64,000 nt of DNA from Octopus sinensis (lineage: Eukaryota), in assembly GCF_006345805.1 (NCBI RefSeq), contig NC_043023.1, forward strand, positions 11,036,001 to 11,100,000. Reading direction: 5' to 3'. Within the stretch, counting starts at the first letter, position 1; every line of letters starts with the position of its first letter. A program made the position numbers and the translations under genes. The notes under the pieces are model-generated. The model did not search any database. It had not been told where the DNA came from and saw nothing but the letters and a program-made list of their open reading frames with translations. Positions 54,568 to 64,000 of this stretch are shown here, piece by piece.

Positions 54568-55858
54568 AGGTACTAGTCGCGTAGACTGAACCCGGTGCGC
54601 GCAGACGCGCATGCCAGTCGTAGGTAGTCGATCCTACAGCGACTGGCGTATGCAAATGAGCTGATTGGCGCAACACTGCAAAAACTAAGTTAATAGCGAG
54701 CCCCTACTGGAGCTTAGGAAATATTTTTCAACGATATACGGTGTATATTATTTTAACCTTAAGGACAGTCAAACATTTTTTTTTTCAAAGTAGACCACTA
54801 CAGGCGACAATTCATTTGTGTTTCCTTTGAATAGCTACGGAAAACTTCGTTAACCATTCAGCTATGCTCGTTCTCTTTCAACTGGAATTTAACCCCTGAC
54901 CAACTCTAAATTATTAGACATTTTGGTCGTGGCCATCCCGCTTTGTTGTAAATCCAATACTGCATTGTTCAGTTTGACTTTTAAAAAAAAGCATTTGATA
55001 GTGTAGATAGGGAAGGCTTAAAAAAAATTCGGCTGCTATTTCTAACAGCTCGGTGGAAGATATCTCTTGACCGAAGTTGTACAAGGTCTGTGTTTGCTCC
55101 TTGTTTTCAGTTTCTCCAAAGACCCAACTGAACTCTCGTCTTTAACTTCAGCTAAACAGTTCCCAGTCCCAAGACTGCCCTGGCCGTGCAGACCTGATCA
55201 AAGGAGTTTATTTTTAACCAGACGTAAAGTAACCCTTTACTTCATAGAAATGTTTTATTTCTACGTGGGGGAAATTTGGTTACTATAAGTTTACATTGAA
55301 GAGACTTGGTCGTTGACAGGAGCCTCATAAGTTAACGCAGTGAACCATTTCATACGAGGCAATTAGTGTTATCTTCGTCTGTGATCTGTCACTGTACTAC
55401 CCTTCCACTATCTGCCTGGCAACTAAATTCAAACCCCAAGTTGTTGGCTTGTCACCAGGAACCGATTTTCCTGTTGAAGCCTACAGTAAAATTACCTTTT
55501 TTTTGGGGGGGGGGGAACCAATTTTTAAAAACTTTTTTTTGAATTTTCATGCTGCAGTTTGCCATAGCTATTCAAAGTAAACACAAGTGAATTGTCGCCT
55601 GTAGTGGTCTACTTTGAAAAAAAAAATGTTTGACTGTCCTTAAGGTTGTTTTGCTTTTTTTTCAGTGCTTCTAATTGTTTTGTAACGAAAAAAAAAACGC
55701 AATTGTCTTTAAAATAATATACACCGTATATCGTTGAAAAATATTTCCTGAGCTACAGTAGGGGCTCGCTATTAATTTAGTTTTTGCAATGTTGCGCCTA
55801 TCAGCTCATTTGCATACGCAAGTCGCTGTAGGATCGACTACATACGACTGGCTAGCGC
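54568..55858. mobile_element. Nested TIR elements (outer arms ~190 bp, inner arms ~75 bp)
   Basis: 54590-54755 is the reverse complement of 55710-55858; 54757-54830 is the reverse complement of 55575-55647. Confidence 0.75.
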
Positions 55859-56352
55859 GTAACTGGTACTTAATTTATCGACCCTGAAAGAATGAAAGGC
55901 AAAGTCGACCTCGGCGGAATTTGAACTCGCAACGTAACGCAGACGAAATACCTATTTCTTTATTACCCACAGAGCGGACAAACAAGGACAGACATAGGTA
56001 TTAAGTCGATTACATCGACCCCAGTGCGTAACTGGTACTTAATTTATCGACCCTGAAAGGATGAAAGGCAAAGTCAACCTCGGCGGAATTTGAACTCAGA
56101 ACGTAACGACAGACGAAATACCTATTTCTTTATTACCCACAAGGGGCTACACACAGAGGGGACAAACAAGGACAGACATAGGTATTAAGTCGATTACATC
56201 GACCCCAGTGCGTAACTGGTACTTTATTTATCGACCCCGAGAGGATGAAAGGCAAAGTCGACCCCAGCGGAAATTGAACTCAGAACGTAACGACAGACGA
56301 AATACCGCTAAGCATTTCGCCCGGCGCGCTAACGTTTCTGCCAGCTCGACAC
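55855..56352 (-). mobile_element. SINE family 1 trimer
   Basis: gacgaaatacctatttc junctions at ~55950 and ~56120. Confidence 0.85.
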
Positions 56353-57029
56353 CTTATCGTAAAACATTGTATAAGGAAATGGTTGTATAAAACAGGAAAA
56401 AAGGAAAAGAAAACCAAGTTTCAGTTTTACCTTGTATTTCTATACTTCGGGATGAGGGCCAGTTTTTCCGAACTTTTGCAAGAGCAGGAGTTGGACGAAA
56501 CCATTCCTCCAATGGGTGTGGTCTGAATTGGTGTGGAAGGCAGAAGAACGATGACATGCGCAGACTGGTCTGCGTGGTCGCGTGCTTCGCGTTCTTTCTT
56601 CCTCCTGGTCGAGGCTGATCTCAATTTGCTCAATTTTCTTTGTTCGTAAAAATGTTCGTTTTCTATGTTTGTGTTTGCATGCTTTCGTTTTTCATTGTGT
56701 CTACATTTTTTTTGCTGTCCTGTACGCATATATGCATGTATATATACATATATATGTAGGTATATAAGATATGTATGTATATATGCATATATATATGTGT
56801 GTGTGTGTATCTGTGTATATGCATGCATGTATGTGCATGTAAATATAAGTATGTGTGTGTGTGTCATATTGTTTTTCAAGGTTATATGATTTGCTTACTC
56901 AAAGTCACTGAATTGAATTGGACTTTTCAGGCAATAAAATTGCAAACGAATTTCACGCTTGAATAAATGAATACAATTACACACTGAATACATTTGGTGA
57001 AAATGGGACTGGAGGAGATATTAAATAAG

Positions 57030-57834
57030 AAACATAAGCCCAGGAGTGACTGTGTGGTAAGTAGCTTGCCCAAGGTGTCATGACCAAAGCCCTGTGAGTG
57101 GATTTGGTAGAGGGAAACTGAAAGAAGCCCATTGTATATATATATAGATAGATATATAGATGCAGGAGTGGCTGTGTGGTAAGTAGCTTGTTTACCAACC
57201 ACATGGCTCCGGGTTCAGTCCCACTGCGTGACACCTAGGGCAAGTGTCTTCTACTATAGCCTCGGGCCGACCGAAGCCTTGTGAGTGGATCTGGTAGACA
57301 GAAACTGAAAGAAGCCCATCGTATATAGGCGCAGGAGTGGCTGTGTGGTAAGTAGCTTTCCCAAGGTGTCATGACCAAAGCCCTGTGAGTGGATTTGGTA
57401 GAGGGAAACTGATATAGAAGCATGTATATATATAGATAGATAGATGCAGGAGTGGTGTGTGGTAAGTAGCTTGTTTACCAACCACATGGCTCGGGTTCAG
57501 TCCCACTGCGTGACACCTAGGGCAAGTGTCTTCTACTATAGCCTGGCTGACCGAGCCTTGGAGTGGATTCTGGTAGACAGAAACTGAAAGATCTATATGT
57601 GATGTGTGAAGTAGTTTAGTGTATACAAGAGGGAAACTGAAAGAAGCCCATTGTATATATCTAGATAGATACATGCAGGAGTGGCTGTGTGGTAAATAGC
57701 TTGTTTACCAACCACATGGTTCCGGGTTCAGTCCCACTGTGTGGTATCTTGGACAAGTGTCTTCTACTATTGTCTCGGGCCGACCAAAGCCTTGTGAGTG
57801 GATTTGGTAGACAGAAACTGAAAGAAGCCCATTG

Positions 57835-57868
<34 letters not shown>

Positions 57869-58280
57869 TGCAGGAGTGGCTGTGTGGTAAGTAGTTTGCT
57901 TACCAACCACATGGTTCCGGGTTCAGTCCCACTGCGTGGCACCTTGGGCAAGTGTCTTCTACTATAGCCTCGGGCCGACCAAAGCCTTGTGAGTGGATTT
58001 GGTAGACAGAAACTGAAAGAAGCCCGTCATATATATGTATATATATATATATATGTCTGTGTGCGTATATGTTTGTGTGTCTGTGTTTGTCCCCCTAGCA
58101 TTGCTTGACAACCGATGCTGGTGTGTTTACGTCCCCGTCACTTAGTGGTTCGCAAAAGAGACCGATATAATAAGTACTAGGCATACAAAGAATAAGTCCT
58201 GGGGTCGAGTTGCTTGACTAAAGGCGGTGCTCCAGCATGGCCGCAGTCAAATGACTGAAACAAGTAAAAGAGTAAAGAGT
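57030..58280 (+). repeat. Tandem array of SINE family 2 5' halves ending in one full copy
   Basis: ggagtggctgtgtggtaagtagc head repeated about 6 times. Confidence 0.8.
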
Positions 58281-58394
58281 ATAAGTGCCAGGAAAATATT
58301 ACAATGAATAGCTTTATTTGTTGGAAAGATTTACGCCCTGATTAAAATAGATGTACGGGGTGTAAAGTTAATGTTTTCAGGATCTTTACATTTT

Positions 58395-58640
58395 GAACCC
58401 TCTATCCGCTCAGTCGAAGTCGACTCTCGGTCACTTGTTGAATCAGTGTCCTCCAGTCAGTTCTATCCTTGGCCGCTTCCTTCAGATTGGCTATGTCCAT
58501 TGCGGTATCACTCTTGATGGTGTAAAGCCAGCAGGTTCTTGGTCGGCCTCTTCCTCTCTTGCCACTGACCATTCCGAGCATGATGTCCTTCTCCAGGGAT
58601 TCTCTCCACTTAATATGACCGAAATATGCCATTGAACTAC
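58395..58640 (-). mobile_element. RTE LINE C-terminal fragment, uninterrupted (empty-site paralog of 5356-5845)
   Basis: 76-aa ORF YFGHIKWRESLEKDIMLG..RGRPRTCW..DRTDWRTLIQQVTESRLRLSG. Confidence 0.85.
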
Positions 58641-59159
58641 AGATTTAAAAAATTATTATTTAAAAAATAATTTTTTGTAACTAGGATTGGAGGAATTACA
58701 ACCATGTTTCGTGTTCTGCTACCACAACAGCTCTTTTATAGGATCCACTTAGCTCAAGACAACATCAGGAGGAACCACGTCCGGTTTCGGCCCCTACTCC
58801 TCTACCGTTTTGACGTGGCGGGGCCCAACATTTCGGAGGTGTCTTCAGCTCTGGTGTTGGGTGCATCTCTTCTTTCTTCTGTTCCCTGGCCTCTTTGATG
58901 TATCGTTTATGTGTGAACACGTAGACGCCAGGGAAAAGTGTTTTGTGTACTATATACTTATTTCTTTACTACCCACAAGGGGCTAAATACAGAGAGGACA
59001 AATAAGGACAGACATAGTGCCTCAATATACGAGTTAATTTGTTCCTGGAGGCTGCTCATAAAGTGAAAACTCATAAAGCAGAGCAATAATTTCTCATAGA
59101 AGCAATGTTATTAATGATAATTTGTTCCCAGAAAAATATTTTACCATAAAATTTATAAT

Positions 59160-59499
59160 TGAGACCCCCTTCGATCACGAATGACCATGGGATTGCACCT
59201 AGAAATTTACCCTCCAAGGTACAAATCCGGGCAAGGTTGCCTATGGAAGACCAGCAGTCACCCATGCATACCAGCTTCCCCTCTCCTCGCCACTGATGTT
59301 ATCCAAGGGAAAGGCAAAGGGGCCGATACAGCTTGGCACTCGTGACGTCGCAACTCATTTCTACAGCTGAGTGAACTGGAGCAACGTGAAATAAGGTATC
59401 TTGCTCAAGAACACAACACGCAGCCCAGTCTGGGATTCGAAGCTCACAACCTCACGATCGTAAGCTCGACGCTCTAACCACTGAGCCATGCACCTTCAC
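59160..59499 (-). mobile_element. SINE family 4 with 12-bp TSD
   Basis: TSD aaaatttataat at 59148-59159 and 59500-59511. Confidence 0.85.
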
Positions 59500-59519
59500 A
59501 AAATTTATAATACTCATAA

Positions 59520-59902
59520 GTGGAGGCGCAATGGCCCAGTGGTTAGGGCAGCGGACTCGCGGTCATAGGATCGCGGTTTCGATTCCCAGACCGGGTGTTG
59601 TGAGTGTTTATTGAGCGAAAACACCTAAAGCTCCACGAGGCTCTGGCAGGGGATGGTGGTGATCCCTGCTGTACTCTTTCACAACTTTCTCTCAAGCTTA
59701 CTTCCTGTTTCTGTTGTACCTGTATTTCAAAGGGCCGGCCTTGTCACTCTCTGTGTCACGCTGAATATCCCCAAGAACTACGTAAAGGGTACACGTGTCT
59801 GTGGAGTGCTCAGCCACTTACACATTAATTTCACGAGCAGGCTGCTCCGTTGATTCGGATCAACCGGAACCCTCATCGTCGTAACCGACAGAGTGCTTCC
59901 AC
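59520..59902 (+). mobile_element. SINE family 3 with 11-bp TSD
   Basis: tggcccagtggttagggc and ggtttcgattccc boxes; TSD aatactcataa at 59509-59519 and 59903-59913. Confidence 0.85.
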
Positions 59903-60500
59903 AATACTCATAAATAAATGGCAATAAAACAACAGCAAAATGTAAAGAATATTTAATGTGAAGTAAAAAGAATCTCCAGATCATTTAGAATAGACAAAAT
60001 ATTATTATTATTGTTTTCTGAATCCTTTTCATTATAATCGTGCACATCATCACTTGTAGATGGGACTGCCAATTCACAAGCACACATAGATGAATTTGTA
60101 GATTTCTTTTAAAAAACAAGTCTAAAGTTTCGTTTTCGGATTTGGTTTGCAAGATTCTTTATATTAATTCGTGTGTTGAAGCATATTCTGTTGTGTCTGG
60201 GGAGAGTCATTTGCTTCCACGGAAACACCCGAAGTGAAATGTTTTGATTTTGTCGAAAGAATGCTGTTTAAATTTCATTTCATCTCGATTAGCATGTCTT
60301 GGGGGCACACCCTGCTGTTCTTCATTTTATTGTGAATTCCAACGAAATACTTCCAGATCATCAGATAACATAGTAATTCAACATTGCAAATATTACATCA
60401 ACACTGTTTTATTGTGAATTACAACGAAATACATTTCGTTTTCGGATTTGGTTTGCAAGATTCTTTATATGAGTTCGTGTGTTGAAGCATATTCTGTTGT

Positions 60501-60752
60501 GTCTGGGGATAGTCATTTTCTTTTTGTGCCTTATAAGGCGACACACTCCCCGGTAAAATTACCACTTATTTCTTATTTTTATTTTCCTAAAAGTTTCGTT
60601 GCATCGTGTAACCTTTTCAATATTGCAACCTATTGAAAAGGTTGCAAGACGCAAAGAAAATTTTAGGAAAATAAAAATAAGAAATAAGTGGAAATTCTAC
60701 CGATGAGTGTGTTACATTATAAGGCACAAAAACAAAATGACTCTCCCCAGAC
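60501..60752. mobile_element. Palindromic MITE
   Basis: gtctgggga(t/g)agtcatttt ... aaaatgactctccccagac; ~120-bp arms. Confidence 0.75.
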
Positions 60753-61030
60753 GAGAATGGAAGGTGCAGTGAAAGGGTCTTTCATCTCAGGCCCCGGTTT
60801 GCTGACCTACTTCAGATACCATCTGAAGAGCAAGATGGGGCTGAAGAGGAGGATCCTGCCACCGACAGTATTCGAGAAACGATGGATGTGATGAGAAAGG
60901 TGGGTGTTAGTAACCCAGCTTAATCATTGAGGAAAGGAAAAGTTCGTTGTTGGGCCTTACAGGCTGCCGGGTGCGACCCATAACGTTTTGTTCTTGTTTT
61001 TCTTTGATTTAGTTTCAGTTTAAATAAAAG
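60748..61030 (+). mobile_element. Possible L1/Tx1-clade LINE 3' fragment
   Basis: TRMEGAVKGSFISGPGLLTYFRYHLKSKMGLKRRIL..FEKRW resembles a Tx1 ORF2 C-terminus; AATAAA near 61022. Confidence 0.5.
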
Positions 61031-61186
61031 TTCTAGTTAAAGGAAAATTCAAACGATACATAAAATACATATTATTTAAGTAAATTTTTAATATTTATAT
61101 TATGCAAACACATGAAACATCTTTGTCTTTTGTTTGTCCTGTATTGTCCCATTTTATGTAAGATCACCATGATCATAATAAAGATA

Positions 61187-61615
61187 GGCAATCTTTCGTC
61201 TCTAGTAGACCTTTCCGTCGATTTCCGTAAAAAAATTTTTTTTTTACATATGGGCTTGCGGGAACTTTTGAAGTAATGAGAGCGAAAGAGACTAAGAGAA
61301 AGCGATTGTATGACGAGGGAAGTTCTTTTGAAGTTACCGTGCATGGGAAGCATTGATGTACATGTATGTGTGCGTGCGTGTGTGTGTTTGATGGGGTGTG
61401 GGAGACAGACAGTATGTTGTGTAAGTGAAGTGCTTCTGTTAGTGTGTGTGAAGAGACAGAGTAATGTGTGAAAGAAAGAGATAACTGAAATTTTTTACTC
61501 GGTGTATGTGTATATGTATGTATATTACTTCAAAAGTTCCCGCAAGCCCATATGTAAAAAAAAAAAAAATTTTACGGAGATCGACGGAAAGGTCTACTAG
61601 AGACGAAAGATCGCC
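61187..61615. mobile_element. GG..CC TIR MITE with 8-bp TSD TAAAGATA
   Basis: TSD at 61179-61186 and 61616-61623; empty site at ~54505-54515. Confidence 0.9.
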
Positions 61616-62108
61616 TAAAGATATTCTCCCTAAACACAGCAGAATATTCAAATGAAGAACTAAGACATACCAGGTGACAACTTTCGGATATTTAGTACGT
61701 TTCGTTTGTTCCCAGTCGATTTTTACTTTTCCCCAATATTTTGTTGTGACTTTAATCTCCAGTTAATTGCACTTTGGTGTAATATAATCACATTTCTCAC
61801 GGAACACTGAGTTATATATTATAACAGGTAAAATATAACATATATTTTATTTTTAGTAAATTTCTGTGAATATGGGTTAATTGAAATTTCCTGTCAAACG
61901 TGAAAGTTCCCGAGTTTTTTTATTGTCTATCCTCAAATGTAATTAATTGTAATTAAACAGGCCTACCTGCAAAACTACTGCACACCTGTCTTTGCTTTCT
62001 CATAACATAGAGTGAAATGAATATTTTTAAATGAAATTTTCAGGTGGTGTAGATTACAATTATATCATGAATAAAATACGGTGCGCACACATACATACTG
62101 ATATACAT

Positions 62109-62184
<76 letters not shown>

Positions 62185-62467
62185 AAATTTAAAGGACTGA
62201 CCACTAAAAGTGGACGGTCAATATGCTAGATATAGACGTCAAAATCGCTATTTTCCACCAAGAATGTGTTCTCAAGAGAAAACTCAGTACATTGACGTCT
62301 ATATCTAGCATATTGACCGTCCACTTTTAGTTGTCAGTCCTTTAAATTTTGTATGTAAAAAATATTTTAATCTTCATATTTTTTTAATATGCTGGGCCAC
62401 TGGTTTTAATTGATTAATATCAATTTCTACCCTTATTCAACTATATATATATATATATATATATATA

Positions 62468-62985
62468 CACCCGTAAATCTTCGAGTATAATCCGCATTTT
62501 TTTCAAAAAATTTAATGGTCAATATCCCTAGTGCGTACTATATACGAGGTTAAAAATGAAAATCATTTCCTAAGCAATGTCCGAGTCTCTATTTGCTGTC
62601 CGGCAATGTTTATTCAGATGCATTTTGCGATGTCGGGCGTGAAAATACCTTAAAGCTAAGCCTGAAAGCAATGAAGTCATAAAAGAATCATCCATAACTT
62701 GCAGTAAGCAACATTTATTAAACGTTATTACTGTTATTTCTTTATTTTCTGCAAACAAAATGCACAAAAAAGCTACACGTTTGTATTATGTTATATATAC
62801 AATAATAATAAAGGACGTTACCGTATACAGTTTTGCAAACCAAGGATGTTATATAGACCTCCTTGACTCAAGTTAGAGAAGGGGTGCATATTATACACAA
62901 GGTTTAGGTTTTTCAGTGGTACAGCCCCCTAAAAATCCCCTGCGTATTATACTCAAGGGCGAACCATACTCGAGGATTTACGGTA
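62468..62985. mobile_element. Tc1/Tigger-like MITE (truncated inverted paralog at 53041-53708)
   Basis: ccgtaaatcttcgagtat ... atactcgaggatttacgg TIRs, flanked by TA. Confidence 0.7.
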
Positions 62986-63011
62986 ATCGGAATCGAACCA
63001 TCTGAAAAGTA

Positions 63012-63807
63012 TTTACTCTTTTACTTGTTTCAGTCATTTGACTGCTGCCATGCTGGAGCACCGCCTTTAATCGAGCAACTCGACCCCGGGACTTATTCTT
63101 TTGCAAGCCCAGTACTTATTCTATCGGTCTCTTTTGCCCAACCGCTAAGTAACGGGGACATAAGCACACCAGCATCGGTTGTCAAGCAATGCTAGGGGAC
63201 AAACACAGACACACAAACATACACGCACACAGACATATATATATATATATATATATACATGGCTGTGTGGTAAGTAGCTTGTTTACCAACCACATGGTTC
63301 TGGGTTCAGTCCCACTGCGTGGCACCTTGGGCAAGTGTCTTCTACTATAGCCTCGGGCCAACCAAAGCCTTGTGAGTGGATTTGGTAGACGGAAACTGAA
63401 AGAAGCCCGTCGTTTATATGTATATATATGTGTGTGTGTGTTTGTCCCCCAAGCATTGCTTGACAACCAATGCTGGTGTGTTTATGTCCCCGTCACTTAG
63501 CGTTTTGGCAAAACAGACCGATAGAATAAGTACTGGGCTTACAAAGAATAAGTCCCGGGGTCGAGGTGCTCGATTAAAGGCGGTGCTCCAGCATGGCCGC
63601 AGTCAAATGACTGAAACAAGTAAAAGAGTAAAGAGTAAAAAGAGTAATATACGACGGGCTTCTTTCAGTTTCCATCTACCAAATCCACTCACAAGGCTTT
63701 GGTCGGCCCGAGGCTATAGTAGAAGACACTTGCCCAAGGTACAACGCAGTGGGACTGAACCCGGAAGCATGTGGTTGGTAAACAAGCTACTTACCACACA
63801 GCCACAG
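63012..63807. mobile_element. Nested SINE family 2 copies in opposite orientations
   Basis: A + strand copy (63260-63645) lies inside a - strand copy. Confidence 0.75.
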
Positions 63808-64000
63808 ACAATTTCACTACAACGTGCCTATTTTTCTGAAAGTTACTGGTAAAACCAAGACAGTGGGATGGAATACACTTGTGTGGGCTTGCTATTTATC
63901 TATTTGGATATTGTAAAGACTGATCAATTATGTGTCTCAACATACGTACCTTTTTATATTGCATATGTCCACTTCCATTGTATTTACTAGAATTTATTAC

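Overview
AT-rich animal genomic DNA. It is most likely an octopus/cephalopod C2H2 zinc-finger (ZNF) cluster; this is inferred from KRAB-less single-exon tandem-finger ORFs, dense tRNA-derived SINEs and (TA)n tracts. The window holds three intact ZNF ORFs: 12 fingers plus an unusual 11-aa repeat tail (490-2070), and an inverted paralog pair with 19 and 14 fingers (41987-43678, 49625-50896). It also holds two copies of a ZNF pseudogene interrupted by a CR1 LINE. The rest is transposon-derived (RTE, CR1 and Tx1 LINE ends, four SINE families, MITEs, a Helitron-like element, a Gypsy fragment). The main structural signal is a ~12-13.6 kb tandem duplication bounded by three copies of a long-inverted-repeat element whose 8-bp target-site duplications (TSDs) are reshuffled (A..A, B..A, B..B), the pattern expected from unequal crossover. 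Copy 1 carries a 1.5-kb microhomology-flanked templated insertion; the copies also differ by one 84-bp finger and one 63-bp VNTR unit. Three further inverted duplications are present. All comparisons were made by eye; repeat boundaries are approximate unless a TSD is quoted. A false duplication of two haplotypes cannot be excluded without reads.
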